DNA of 64,000 nt from Laetmonice hystrix. Taxonomy: Eukaryota. Each line of letters starts with the position of its first letter. Position 1 is the stretch's first letter. The stretch is taken from NCBI GenBank assembly GCA_965235115.1, contig OZ249436.1, forward strand, positions 18,044,001 through 18,108,000. Reading direction: 5' to 3'. This document shows, one piece after another, positions 12,809-26,899 of the stretch. Both the position numbers and the translations under genes were made by a program. The notes under the pieces were generated by a model. That model saw nothing but the letters and a program-made list of their open reading frames with translations, ran no database searches and had not been told where the DNA came from.

Positions 12809-13482
12809 AAGGTGTCTGTGTGAACGTTGTTTTACAATGTTTTCCTCTCCTTCCTCCATGATGACCGAGTTTTCAATGGATTTCAAGGTGTCTGTGTGAA
12901 CGTTGTTTTACAATGTTTTCCTCTCCTTCCTCCATGATGACCGAGTTTTCAATGGTTTTCAAGGTGTCTGTGTGAACGTTGTTTTACAATGTTTTCCTCT
13001 CCTTCCTCCGTGATGACGGAGTTTTCAATGGTTTTCAAGGTGTCTGTGTGAACGTTGTTTTACAATGTTTTCCTCTGCTTCCTAGGTGATGACGGAGTTT
13101 TCAATGGTTTTCAAGGTGTCTGTGTGAACGTTGTTTTACAATGTTTTCCTCTCCTTCGTCCATGATGACTGAGTTTTCAATGGTTTTCAAGGTGTCTGTG
13201 TGGACGTTGTTTACAATGTTTTCCTCTCCTTCCTCCGTGATGACCGAGATTTCAATGGTTTTCAAGGTGTCTGTGTGGACGTTGTTTTACAATGTTTTCC
13301 TCTCCTTCCTCCGTGATGACCGAGTTTTCAATGGATTTCAAGGTGTCTGTGTGAACGTTGTTTTACAATGTTTTCCTCTCCTTCCTCCGTGATGACCGAA
13401 ATTTCAATGGTTTTCAAGGTGTCTGTGTGAACGTTGTTTTTCAATGGTTTCCTCTCCTTCGTGATGACCGAGATTTCAATGG
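12809..13482. repeat. 76-bp minisatellite, ~9 copies
   Basis: Unit AAGGTGTCTGTGTGAACGTTGTTTTACAATGTTTTCCTCTCCTTCCTCCRTGATGACCGAGTTTTCAATGGTTTTC; GGTGTCTG at 12811 and 12887. Confidence 0.97.
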
Positions 13483-14195
13483 AAACACACCTCATTCAAC
13501 GAGAACACTTAGTCATGCTGAGTTGATTGTTCCCAAATTACACTTATAAAATGGCGACGGTTTTGTCTGATTAAGGCTTCTGAACTTTGTGTTGTGTGCA
13601 CTCCGATGAGTTAAGCAATTTACTGGTAATAAGCAACACTGATAAAAATGTCATTTCTAGACTTCATTTACACCTATAGGATTCATTCACTATGGAGGGT
13701 CATTTGGCTGGAAAGCAGGCAAACTTTTGACATTTAGATAAACCTAGACAAAGTGTAATTTCCTTTTGTTGGTTGAAACGAGCGGCCCTGAAATCTGTAA
13801 GGATAAACATTTTCTAGATCCACTCCATCAGAAGTGCTTCATTATGTGCCTGCTACTAATTACACAAGTATCAAAGCGCTGATTATTCTGCCAGAATGTT
13901 ACAAAGTATTTCCGAAGAGGAGCCCTCACCCAACACTTCTGATCCATCAATTCCAACACTTGCATTCTCCGGCTCTGTTTGCTCTATTTCTATAGGCTAA
14001 AATATCATTCCATGTATGATAATATAAATATGTTTCCGACAGGTTTCAGCGTTACTCTAGTGAGTCGGTTGGGGACAGAAAATGAAGAAAAAGATCACTG
14101 CTAAGTGGAGGATCGGAACTCTGATAGACAACTGTTGATGGGGGGGGGGGGTCCTAACAATATGGGACCCGATGGAGAGACTCGGGCATGGCACC

Positions 14196-14355
14196 ATTGG
14201 TTGAGTCCAATCATTGGTTGAGGTAAGTCATTGGTTGAGTCCAATCATAGGTTGCGGTCAATCATTGGTTGAGGTAAGTCATTGGTTGAGTCCAATCATT
14301 GGTTGCTTTCAATCATTGGTTGAGGCTATTTATTGAAGCTAGCCATTGGTTGAGT
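14196..14355. repeat. Diverged 17-bp tandem repeat with an ATTGGTTG core, ~9 copies
   Basis: Units ATTGGTTGAGTCCAATC / ATTGGTTGAGGTAAGTC and variants. Confidence 0.88.
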
Positions 14356-14770
14356 GCAGTCTATGGCAAGGGCCAGCGACTAGATCCAATATAGCCGAGG
14401 CGTCTTCAGCTATTTTCTTAGTGATACCCCATTACTGTCATGATATACAGACTAGGATATTCTTCAGAAGAAAAAAAAACCAGATTGTTACATATGTTAT
14501 TAACGTCGACCAGCGAACTGTCATAACAAATGACATGTCTGGAACGGCACGCATCATCTTTACTGGAGGGGCTTCCTCATTACAATCTAATTCTAAAACC
14601 AATTCAATCCAATTTATTCGGTGAAACATGATACAGCAATTAAGTGTGAAACGTAAAATCCGATGGGAAATTAAGTGACTGGTGAGCAGTATCTGTCCAT
14701 GTTTGAGGGATGATAGGCTACTTGTAGGAAGGTACGTGTCAGCCACGGGATTCTAACGACCCCGGTCCTT

Positions 14771-15422
14771 GAGCAGATGGTGGGCAGTATCTAACAGGTG
14801 GTTAAACGTATCGAGCAGATAGTGGGCAGTATCTAACAGGTGGTTGACAGTATCGAGCAGATAGTGGGCAGTATCTAACAGGTGGTTGACAGTATCGAGC
14901 AGATAGTGGGCAGTATCTAACAGGTGGTTGACAGTGTCGAGCAGATAGTGGGCAGTATCTAACAGGTGGTTGACCGTATCGAGCAGATGGTGGGTAGTAT
15001 CTAACAGGTGGTTGACAGTATCGAGCAGTTAGTGGGCAGTATCTAACAGGTGGTTGACAGTATCGAGCAGATAGTGGGCAGTATCTAACAGGGGGTTGAT
15101 CGTATCGAGCAGATAGTGGGCAGTATCTAACAGGGGGTTGATCGTATCGAGCAGAGGGTGGGCAGTATCTAACAGGTGGTTGATCGTATCGAGCAGATGG
15201 TGGGCAGTATCTAACAGGTGGTTGATCGTATCGAGCAGATGGTGGGCAGTATCTAACAGGTGGTTGATCGTATCGAGCAGATGGTGGGCAGTATCTAACA
15301 GGTGGTTGATCGTATCGAGCAGATGGTGGGCAGTATCTAACGGGGGGTTGACTGTATCGAGCAGATGGCTGGCAGTATCTAACAGGTGGTTGACTGTATC
15401 GAGCAGATGGCTGGCAGTATCT
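14771..15422. repeat. 42-bp minisatellite, ~15 copies
   Basis: Unit TATCGAGCAGATRGTGGGCAGTATCTAACAGGTGGTTGACAG. Confidence 0.97.
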
Positions 15423-16294
15423 TACAGCGCGTCATTGCGCCGGTCGAGCTGGGGTCTGGGTTACAAAAAATGGAAATGGCAGGCTACGGCCCTGACATTA
15501 AGAATGTATCAGGACTGTAGCAATACAAGGGATGTAGCAATAAAATCCGCTCCCCGTCAATGGTCTCAATCTGCCAAGTTTGCAAAGTTCCAAATCAGTT
15601 GTCTCTCAATGGGTTATCGTGTGTTCTCCAGACGCCAGATTTTCGAACGGTAGGACTTGCTGATCCTACCTGAGTCTAGGATGAGTTCCCCTTTTTAGGT
15701 AATCTCAATTTTTAGTTACTCTCAGCTCGATACAAGGTATAGTAAAAAAGTGTCCTGAGACACAGAACCTGATACCCCCGTTATCATCTCAGCTGCCATC
15801 GGTCGCTGGAATAAATGCAGAAGACAATGCCTTTACAAGGTGTTCCTATAGCTAGCCCCAGCTGACCTCAGACGCGTGATGGCCACGGTAAGACTGCACT
15901 TCACACGGAAGGTCAATAGAAAACAACCACTCGTGCCATTTTATTGTCCAATAGAATTAGCCAAACGGTTGGAAATGAAAGGAGTTCCTTTGAAGTGTGT
16001 TGAATTGTGGGTGGTGGCGCGGCGGGGGTTGTGGTCAGTGGATCCTCCCACGGAGAAAAGAGAAAATTTACATCGGTCAAGCACGAGCCTTCCGATAAAT
16101 GTATCATCTAAAGTGGTAGGACAAAGGTAGCAGACAGTGCACGGCTATAGTTTCCAGTAGCCCCCCCCCCCCCCGACATATGAATATAGGAAGGGATAGC
16201 ACACACACACACCCCTTTCATATGAATATAGAGAGGGCTATAGGACTAGACGGTTCGTACAATGTTACTTATTGGAGTTCGTGGTCAGTTTTAC

Positions 16295-16330
16295 CAAGGA
16301 TTATAGAGAGTATACTCTCTATAATCCTTG
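16295..16330. mobile_element. 36-bp perfectly palindromic mini-element, P-superfamily-like
   Basis: CAAGGATTATAGAGAGTA|TACTCTCTATAATCCTTG is a loopless palindrome flanked by the direct repeat GTTTTAC (16288-16294 and 16331-16337). CA...TG ends with a 7-bp TSD fit P/Galileo-type elements. Confidence 0.7.
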
Positions 16331-19300
16331 GTTTTACCGACTGGGAAACACTCGCAAACTTTATAATGTCACTCAGGTTGCCGCACAAATTGCAGAACTT
16401 CTTGAGATAATGTTAGACACATACCAGGTTTTTGTTACTCGGACAATGGTTTGATGATTGACCAATTATTATGCTGTGAATATGGCTCATGTAAATATTC
16501 TATAACTGTTTGTACATATTATGTACGAATAAATGATATTGTGCATATTTCAAGCACATGTAAAAGGAAACTCCAGTATGGGAGGACACATTAAGCTGAT
16601 AAAACCTTTTCAACTCTTCCTTTCAGAAGTTTATAGAGATGTCTGGCCTATAACACTGGTTCAATAGGCACGGTTCCCCGCTAATACTGCCCCTAAGACA
16701 ATGCCTGACAAATTTAAAGATATGACGGTGAATTTGTCTTAAAGATGTATGTCCTATTTTGTATATAAATCATGCCCAAGTCGTGTTGTTATCCCATTTT
16801 GTTTTCGTTTATTTATCCTGGAAAAGTACAGAAACAAGTTCCGATTTTGGCATTGACAAGAGGCAGTCCATATATTGACTTTCATACAAGTTACATAATA
16901 TCAGTTAAAGGAATAGTCTGTGTATGTGTATCTACATCAGGATGTGTGACCATGAATTATTTAATGATATTATTTGGATGTAATGAGTAAGATCTCCCGT
17001 TTCTTATATCGTTAAATGTTTATTAATTACAAGAGAACAGTTTATATCAAAGCGGTCAAATGGTAGCCATCTTGTTATAAGACGTCACTTGACAACGTTA
17101 CGACGGTCATAGTTCACGGCGTGGCTGTAAAACGCGGCGGGTGTTTGATGGAGACGGGTCGTTGGATGGTGTGAGTATAGCCGACAAGCGGGCAGTGGTC
17201 AGCCCACTGACCCGACGGCGGACGGTCATCACTGCCCACTTAATACCCGGGGACAGATGACCACCGACACTGACCACAGTCCCGAGATGGATCAGGACGG
17301 CGACGTCCGAACTGTCTGAGACGGACACCAATAAACCACGCCCACACTGGGCCAAGATCGGAAGACATCTCTCACAATACACATCTGGGTCAGTGGGCAT
17401 TGGGGGGTATTGATTATTTCTAAAGCTAGCCAAGGGAGAATCAATTATTTCCTTTAAGACTTGGTGACATCTTGCTTGGCCTGTGTTTCCCTGAGCTGGG
17501 CTTCAAGCTCACCAGAAACGCACAATGAATGAGCACCAAACCAAACGAGCATTCATTTATCTTGTGGTGAATGGCAACCCAGCCAGGGAGCGTTCATTTA
17601 TCCAACTGTCAACACTAATCAGTAGAGACTTTCTTTTAGCTCCTAATTACTTGTTGCGATTCCGTGAGGCTTGAAGAACCGCTGAGGTAGAAAGGGAGGA
17701 TTTCGTGAATCGTTGGTTTGTCAGGATATTGGATGTGTATAGGTAACCTTTCACCACAACTCACGGTCCTCTCAGATCCCTATCACAACTTCAATCAATC
17801 CTTAATCAATCAATACACTAATTAAACATGGCATAGCACATAATTAATCCAATCCAAACGTTTAAAAAATGTTTCTTCCAATGGATTTTCTTGGTTCTTT
17901 TTCGAGAAAGCCTGGTATTTCAGCAACCAAGTAGAATCTTATTTGGCTGCGCAGACCCTTGGTTCGAGCTGAAGTTTGGTAAAACACCTCACCGCCATCA
18001 CTATGGCGACCAGCCTGTTGTAGAGTAGGCCTATACCACGTCGCGAGTACTGTCATACCTGGAGAGCACCCCCTTCAATAGGATGTAGTCAACATTGAGA
18101 GACAGCCAGTCTAACTGCTCCCGAAATCTGACACTTGATGGAAAGCAATGAGAAAGCTCCACTTCAACAGGCCCAGTTCGTCCTGTATACAAGCAAGACC
18201 ACGTACTCCACTAATGACACAAGACTAGTATTAGTTTGCGTCTAACTAATACATTTTAGCTCACCAAGTCTTCGGGCACCGAGAAATCTCTGGGCAACTA
18301 ATGTAATGGCTGTCTCAACCAATTCCTTAAATGTCCCCACGCTGGATTTTGCACGGCTTCTAATAGAAGGATCTTATTCATGACGGCTATTATTCACTTT
18401 ATGAGAAGTGATGCGCAATGTGTGATCCTATTTTTGCCTTTTCTGTTGAAAGGCTGTGCGGCGCCCCTCACCAGCTGACGTTATGAGCTGCCACGCTCGG
18501 CTGAGGGGACTTTCTGCAGGCGACACCGCCTTCCATCATGCTCGGCCCATTGTGACGTCAGTACATGTCGTCACTGATTCGACGCCCGATGACTGTTCTC
18601 GAGCGCTGACTCTGATCCTGTTTTAATAGCTATAAGGATTTGTAAGAGGCTGGTAAAGTAGATTTGGCCCCAGCTAACCACAACCAAATGTGCCTGACTT
18701 AATACACTTGTAGCACGCCACTGCCACGGTTAGAAATGATCACAGACTTTAAAGGCAAGCCGCCATTACAGTACATCAATGCTTCCGATAGTACTCCCGA
18801 CAATACTGATCTACGCAATTATCCAGTTGCATTCAATCAGCCTCTAACAGGAGTAGACTCTTGCATATTCCATTAGAGATGCAATTTGCCCATTTGCAGA
18901 GCTCTTTGTAAAGGAACCACTTTAATCAAATCACACTTTGCTAATTCACATTGAATTATTGAAGGATAAGGCGTAGCTGAGCGTCGGTATTTCTGCTAGG
19001 TTAATACCACATCATCGACCGAGCCACTATCGTTCCGGCATCCCAATTTCTGAAGTAATATTTAAAGAATCATGATGATAGGCAACCAAATACTTCATAT
19101 TTTCCCATCCAAGAACCAGAGATTTTATACCTGCTTTATCATGGGCTGTGTTAATACGACTCTTCTTAAAGATGTTTTCTTATTTATCTTGGTTTCCTGT
19201 GAAAACAAAGTGTAATTATTACTCCTGTCCTACCCTTGGTTGATTTGCCGAGATTCAACCTTAAATGTCACACTCTGTGTACGAGACAATCCTGTAATTT

Positions 19301-20668
19301 TGAAATTGTTTTTTTACATTATTATGAGAGAGAAGGTCTGACTCCAGACGAATGAGAATGGGCGGGTAATTTGTAAAAAAACAGGACGTTTTGGACGCCG
19401 AGAGGGCACAGGAAGACGTCAACGTTACGTAAACATCTTTAATTGTTTACAATAATAGGAGCTTGATTGCTGAATTTGCATTACCCTACTTAAAGCCCTT
19501 GAATTATTGTTGGCTATTTCACTGGCTTGATGGCACTTTTAATCAATATTATCTTACCCGATTCGATGACTTTCATTAAAAATGAAAGAAGGATGCAGAC
19601 AACGCTCTTCATATCTAACAAACCAACATGGCGGCCAGTCATGCGCACTTCGATCAATGTGGATTACCTCGAGAAAATCTATGCATGTGAATGAACTCAA
19701 TGTATTTTCCCTAATACATCAACAAAGGGACGGATAACAATCGGCCCTCCTTGATTTAGATGACAAAAGTGTGAAACGCAAATACTTTTCTATAGATTTG
19801 ATTGACATCTAAAAAAGGGGGCGGAGCCTTATCAATATTCAGCGGATCATAAGGACGAGTCAGTGAGAACCAACGGTACTGTCTCCTGAAATGAAAGGAC
19901 AAATTCTCTTGCTGACATACATAAAACGAGTATTCAATAAGGACATTCTCTATAAAAGGCCATCTGACAGAAATCACATTGATAAACCACAATAATAGAA
20001 ATGGAATGTGAAATTGGAAAGAACAGGGCAATATTCCGCCATGACCAAAACATGAAACAGATTATTTGTAAATACTGACCGTAACATAAAAAAAATCTCA
20101 TTTAGCTCCGAATCTAACTTTTTGTACTCTTTTATAGAGGTATTCTTCAACATCGAATGTTGCCGTTAGAATGGTACCCTACAGACCTCCCTGTGCCCGT
20201 AACCAATAAATAACAATAACATAATGGTTGGTCCGGAGGGACTCGCAGAGCCAGATGTCTGCCCTTCACATGACTGAATCATATTCGTTCTAGTGTCTTG
20301 GGTATTTCTCTATCTAACTAGTGTTATCCATCAAAACATTCTTATACGAACCGTCTCCGGAGGGGACGAGCGCCGTTACAATCTATTAGTCAGTCTCTGA
20401 TCTTATAAAACTCGACAGGAGTGAGTGACCGTACGCTGGAAAGATACTAGACCCAGAATATCAATCTTACTATTTATGCATTTAACATTACTCAGAATTT
20501 AATGAATGAATTCACCCAGCTGAGCTCCGCTATCATGACGACTACATAGTATTTTTTAATGCTGAAATATGGAGATGTAAGATTGGGGCGATTACTTGAT
20601 GCCTGCTACATTAGCTCCAGTCTCAGACCTAAGGTAGAAACACTTAGCGGTCCAAGACAATGACAATT

Positions 20669-22131
20669 CATCACGTCAGACCTGGCCAGCATAGCCACAA
20701 CCACAGCTACAGCTATAGAGTTCCTTCACATCACGTCAGACCTGGCCAGCATAGCCACAACCACAGCTACAGCTAGAGTTCCTTCACATCACGTCAGACC
20801 TGGCCAGCCACAACCACAGCTACAGCTATAGAGTTCTTTCACATCACGTCAGACCTGGCCAGCATAGCCACAACCACAGCTACAGCTATAGAGTTCTTTC
20901 ACATCACGTCAGACCTGGCCAGCATAGCCACAACCACAGCTACAGCTAGAGTTCCTTCACATCATGTCAGACCTGGCGAGCCACAACCACAGCTACAGCT
21001 ATAGAGTTCCTTCACATCACGTCAGACCTGGCCAGCATAGCCACAACCACAGCTACAGCTATAGAGTTCTTTCACATCACGTCAGACCTGGCCAGCATAG
21101 CCACAACCACAGCTACAGCTAGAGTTCCTTCACATCATGTCAGACCTGGCGAGCCACAACCACAGCTACAGCTATAGAGTTCCTTCACATCATGTCAGAC
21201 CTGGCCAGCCACAACCACAGCTACAGCTATAGAGTTCCTTCACATCATGTCAGACCTGGCCAGCATAGCCACAACCACAGCTACAGCTATAGAGTTCCTT
21301 CACATCATGTCAGACATGGCCAGCATAGCCACAACCACAGCTACAGCTATAGAGTTCTTTCACATCACGTCAGACCTAGCCAGCATAGCCACAACCACAG
21401 CTACAGCTAGAGTTCCTTCACATCACGTCAGACCTGGCCAGCATAGCCACAACCACAGCTACAGCTATAGAGTTCCTTCACATCATGTCAGACCTGGCCA
21501 GCATAGCCACAACCACAGCTACAGCTATAGAGTTCCTTCACATCATGTCAGACATGGCCAGCATAGCCACAGCCACAGCCACAGCTACAGCTATAGAGTT
21601 CCTTCACATCACGTCAGACCTGGCCAGCATAGCCATAACCACAGCTACAGCTATAGAGTTCCTTCACATCACGTCAGACCTGGCCAGCATAGCCACAACC
21701 ACAGCTACAGCTATAGAGTTCCTTCACATCACGTCAGACCTGGCCAGCATAGCCACAACCACAGCTACAGCTATAGAGTTCCTTCACATCATGTCAGACA
21801 TGGCCAGCACAGCCACAACCACAGCTACAGCTAGAGTTCCTTCACATCACGTCAGACCTGGCCAGCATAGCCACAACCACAGCTACAGCTATAGAGTTCC
21901 TTCACATCATGTCAGACATGGCCAGCACAGCCACAACCACAGCTACAGCTAGAGTTCCTTCACATCACGTCAGACCTAGCCAGCATAGCCACAACCACAG
22001 CTACAGCTATAGAGTTCCTTCACATCACGTCAGACCTGGCCAGCATAGCCACAACCACAGCTACAGCTATAGAGTTCCTTCACATCACGTCAGACCTGGC
22101 CAGCATAGCCACAGCCACAGCCACAGCTACA
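20669..22131. repeat. ~60-bp minisatellite, ~25 copies with length variants
   Basis: Unit CACATCACGTCAGACCTGGCCAGCATAGCCACAACCACAGCTACAGCTATAGAGTTCCTT; shorter and longer variants arise from internal hexamer and TA slippage. Confidence 0.98.
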
Positions 22132-23111
22132 ATCAGACAGACCTGAGAGAACCTAGGTTTCACTCTAATTTTCAGTCGTAGAGGAATCCGTTTCACTCTC
22201 ATTCTCAATCTTAGAGAGTTCTTCAATTAGCCCTTCCCTAACCCTACCTCTAGCCCTACCCCTGCCCCAAACCCCCGAACCCCCAAACCAGGGGAATAAT
22301 GGACACGAACTGGACGTACGTGAACTCTGTGTTGTTAGTTTTGCTGTCAAGTTGTTGTGTAATAGTCACTCTATGGAGAGTAGCTGTAAAATGGGTCATG
22401 GCTTCAGGCTGCCAGTCCGCCATACATTGACCCTAGTCGGCCGGATCCAAGTATGCCAGTTCATTTTAATGACGCCTGTATTCAGTGACAGGTAAGGTGC
22501 TAGCTATGGCTCAAACTCTAATGATGAATCGTATCTTATCTGCTTGAGGCAGTATAGTTAGTGGTTGTTTGAATTGTGCACTGCCAACTGGTGCTTAATC
22601 TGCTCTCTGTATCAGCACATAAAAACCGCAGCGATATATTATCCGCACCATATGTAGGGGGTAGATAGGCGCGGTGCCCCCTCCACACCCCAGTATCCAG
22701 AGCCGTAGCTTATACCGGCGTCTTTTACACCCACACCCACACCGACTGTGTTCATTAGGACGGGGAGGGACTGCTCCCCACCCCACACACCACACCCTAC
22801 TCTGACGTCATTTGGCTCCCCTGGGGGTGAGATCCCTGGTGGGTGCGGAGAGGGGGTGCAATGCTAACATAATTATCAACAGCGTTGCTACGCATGTTCA
22901 GTCTAAACTGAATGTTATTCCAATGTTATTCCAATTACAGCTTCGGGGCAGTATTTGGCCACAGAAAAAAACACATAATATTTACATGAGTAAGAATTTA
23001 TAGTCACTACTGGGATTTAGAAAATTACTAGAACATTGATATTTTACCGAAATCTTCAATTAGAATGTTGTGTTGCTTGTTACCTGGAAAAGTAGCACAT
23101 GCCAATAACTT

Positions 23112-23345
23112 TTTATACACTACTTACTGAAAGCTAATATGGCACTTTTTATATACTACTTACTGAGGGGCTAATAGCACATTTTTATATACTACTTACT
23201 GAGGGTTTAATAGGTTATTTTTCATATACTACTTACTGAGGGACTCATAGATCACTATTATACTACTTACTGAGGGACTCATAAATCACTATTATACTAC
23301 TGAATGCGAGGCTAATAGCTCATTTCTTATATACTACTTACTGAA
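23112..23345. repeat. Diverged ~35-37 bp tandem repeat, ~7 copies
   Basis: Recurrent core TATACTACTTACTGAGGG. Confidence 0.85.
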
Positions 23346-25344
23346 AGAATCTTTTCCAGCACTGCCATTGGACATTATCAGTATTAAAAAGTAGAGATTT
23401 CGAAGTAAGAATGGTGTGACTTTGTATCATTGAGATATTCAAATATGTTATAGATTCCAAACAAGGTAATGGTATTCAAATAAGGTGATCGTATCCAAAT
23501 AAGGTGATGTTCGAGCCAGCAGAAGTGTGAACCAGGCCTGGAGACGAAGAGACATGTAATGCAAAGAAAACATCTCTTTAACAAGTTTTTCCATGGAATC
23601 GCAATTTAGCAATTAGAATGCTAAACATGGTGCTTCGCCTTTAAGAGGTAAACTTCAAGTCAACTTTGGTATCCTTTCAGACTTGCTTTCTCTGAACATC
23701 ATTGTCTTTCGGAGGTGAATGGCTGTTTTCTCCTTGAATGAAGAGACACACAAAGCGAAGCTAAAGGACAATATCAGGAAGAACATGTAAAATCCATTTA
23801 GGATTCTCAAATTAGGGGGTAGACAAACTAAGTAAAGAGACAAGGCCACTTACAGTCGGTCATCAGGCAAATGGCGCACCATCAGTGGCCTCTGAGCCCA
23901 CCTGGCCAGCATCACCAATCACCATGGCGACACCCGCGCGGTGCATTGTGGGCCGAGACAGCGCCTGGCCTGACCTCTGCCGTCACAGAGGGCACATTGT
24001 CTCCCTTCATTATATCTGACAGTCTACTTAAGACACACTCCCCGTCTTTATCTTCGACCATTTGAATTCAATTTAGCACTGGATACTCTTTGCCTTGCTA
24101 CTCTGGCCCGTGCTAAAACGATAAATGGGCGCGAACTGCGTTATCCTAGCTAAGTGTTGGGACGGTGTGTGTTCGACTGGCTGCTCCTACAGCACCAGGT
24201 GCAATCGATGGTCTCGGACCTGGATACCAGGAGGCAATGTTTATATACGATGTACATCGTCCTGATATATCAGTCACACCACCGTTTGAAACCATAGATA
24301 CAGTGGATATCTGCAAACGGCGCGCAATGGAAGCATGAATAAATCCAGTGCTCCCAGCTTGTCATGTCTTGTCTCGGTGGGAAACGCATCTAGCTTAGAG
24401 TGGTGGGGAAACAGGCCACAAAATTACTTCACAACAATGGGTCCCTTGGAGAATCTCCCACATCCCTCACACTAACAATGCAATCGGTGATACGGGCGAG
24501 ATTTAGTTTTTTATATTTATGTTTTCTCCTCTCTGAATGCAGATGTCTCTCCCAGAGCACATGAGACAGCCGACGAGCCGGCTAACTGCCGCCGGCCCTC
24601 GGCCTACTGCCGTCCAGGATATTGTGCTGGGCCTGGAACTCTCCGAGGTGCTACATCTCAATGGGAACAAACATCTCAGCGGGGTAGAGACAGCAGGGAA
24701 GGCACAGTCTACGGGCAAACTTCTTCCACAGTAAATAAAGCCAACTCCATGAATTGTCGGAATCTCTAATATAAATATGCATACAATCTCTGAATAAATA
24801 CTTAAACGTGTTGTCTTAGTGATACAAGTGAATTCCTTACTTCCCATGCAAATCCGATTTATCAGGGATAAATAATTCGATAAATAAAGGACCTATTGGA
24901 AGCTTGACGTCGAGTAAGTAGTTTTGAAATTGATGCCTGTGGCAATTACCATATTGGAAAGTAACTGGTTTTCTTCAGCTGTTAGTTTGTTAAGAGCACA
25001 TGTAAATTCATTCAAATGTAGCCTGTTGAAGAAAGAGTCGTTTAATCCTCTAGAGTATTTTGTCTGTCAGTCTAGGACGACCGTCCCACAATGTGACTGT
25101 TCTCTATACTTGATACAAGATGTTTTTAGTGTTCTCTAAGCGTGGGGGAATCCTAATATCGTATTTAGACGTCTTACCGTGCTAACATACCGGGACCTCT
25201 TACGTGCAATGAATGATTGACATAAAGGAGAGGGAAGTCGATATGACGTCACCCCGTTTACTACAGAGAGATGTATAGCTAGAACTTGGCGGGAGAACGA
25301 GAGTGTGATAGCATGGCCCGGGTACTGAGTCTCGGAATATGGCG

Positions 25345-25375
25345 GGAGAGAGAAAGATAGAGACAGAGAAAGAAA

Positions 25376-25411
<36 letters not shown>

Positions 25412-25412
25412 C

Positions 25413-25451
<39 letters not shown>

Positions 25452-25637
25452 GAAAGAGAGAGAGACAGCGATGGCTGGGTTCGGGTACTGAATCCCAGAA
25501 AATGGCAGGGGAGAGAGAGAGGGGGGAGAGAGAGAGAAAGAAAGAGAGGGAGAGACAGAGAGAGGGAGAGACAGAGAAAGAGAGAGAGACAGCGATGGCA
25601 TGGTTCGGGTACTGAATCCCAGAAAATGGTAGGGGAG

Positions 25638-25700
<63 letters not shown>
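25345..25700. repeat. (GA)n/(GACA)n microsatellite complex with a duplicated spacer
   Basis: Long GA and GACA runs; spacer GACAGCGATGGC..GGTTCGGGTACTGAATCCCAGAAAATGG occurs twice (~25463 and ~25587). Confidence 0.95.
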
Positions 25701-25703
<3 letters not shown>

Positions 25704-25797
25704 ACTGTGATGGCATGGTTTGGTTATTCGGCACATGAGAGGAGATAGAGCATGACAGCCTGGTTAGGGTCAGTGTGCCAAGTCTTTTCGTTCCATA

Positions 25798-26183
25798 GGG
25801 CTGGCCAGTTCTCGTGTCCTAGATATCCAAACATGCGAGAAAGAGCGAGAATGGGGACAAACAGGGGATAGTCTCGTCCGTTTAGCATTGCGACGCCCAT
25901 GGGGACCAGCGACTGTCAACTTCAAAATATTTTGCTCCCCAATGAGGGCACTTTGAGTCTTGAGCCTTACAAATGTGATTAACTAACACGTTTACTGAAT
26001 GAAAAGGTACATTTTACATGTAAGAAGTGTAATTTCTTTACACTATAGCCTGATAATGTTGTTACTGAGCCTATGTTAAACCTATGGGCAATTTGTGACG
26101 TCACATTGTTTGTCCACAAAGCGCAAGTGGTTTGAGGTTATTTTACGTCATTTGCATATCTAGGACACGAGACTGTCCAGCCG
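25798..26183. mobile_element. MITE with ~33-bp TIRs, flanked by TA
   Basis: Left end GGGCTGGCCAGTTCTCGTGTCCTAGATATCCAAA; reverse complement of right end CGGCTGGACAGTCTCGTGTCCTAGATATGCAAA; TA on both sides. Confidence 0.75.
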
Positions 26184-26899
26184 TATATATCCCTTCAAGA
26201 TCAACATCAATGAAGTAGTTTACCAGTGTTTTGAGTCACATTAATTAGTTCTGCGTTTCGATCTGTTCTGACGTTGGCTGATGTTGGGTTACACTGTTGG
26301 CTGATGTGACATCACGTGCAGTCACATTGTGGCCCATTCTGTGACATCACATCACACAAGTACACTGTAACCCTCACTGTGATTGGCTGCCCCGTCGCTA
26401 TCCCGTCCTAGCATTTCACACCAGGCCATCAACAGATCCGATCCCTACAATAACATCCTTTATTGTGATCGGACCAATAACTCACGTTTTATCGTCTACT
26501 TCCTGCCCTCAAGTTCTAGTTTAGTGCTTCTCTACACAACGATTATGGATCAGAGATATCCCACTCAGTAGTGAGACCGACCGGAGTATCCGAATCAGAG
26601 TCGGGACCAGTAGCCAGTGGTCTGTCGCAATCTTATTTCACACGTCACCTTTTCATTCAGTTCGTTCTAAACCCTTGGCTGCCGAAACAGCAACATCCGA
26701 CTGGTATCACTGCCTGGTCATTTCCCCACAACATTGGGGGCAGTTGTTAGAGACAGGGCTATGGATGGGATCAGTTGGGGGGAGGGGTATGTGGACCTGT
26801 CCAGGGGTTAGGGTTAAAGTTGGGGTTTTCAATAGTAATAAATCTTGAGTTATTACCCCAAAACGTTGTGAAGATCTTGTCAGGGTAGATCTACCTATT

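Noticed and set aside
17107..17433. 108-aa minus-strand ORF in a CpG-rich patch
   Set aside because: No domain similarity I can recognise and no convincing splice boundaries.
21192..22181. His-rich and Thr/Ala-rich repetitive ORFs
   Set aside because: Frequent 2-bp unit indels shift the frame, indicating a non-coding minisatellite.
22547..22585. AGGCAGTATAGTTAGTGGTTGT resembling miR-34
   Set aside because: The seed has a mismatch (GGCAGTA vs GGCAGTG), and only ~6 bp pair with the downstream ACTGCC, too short for a pre-miRNA.
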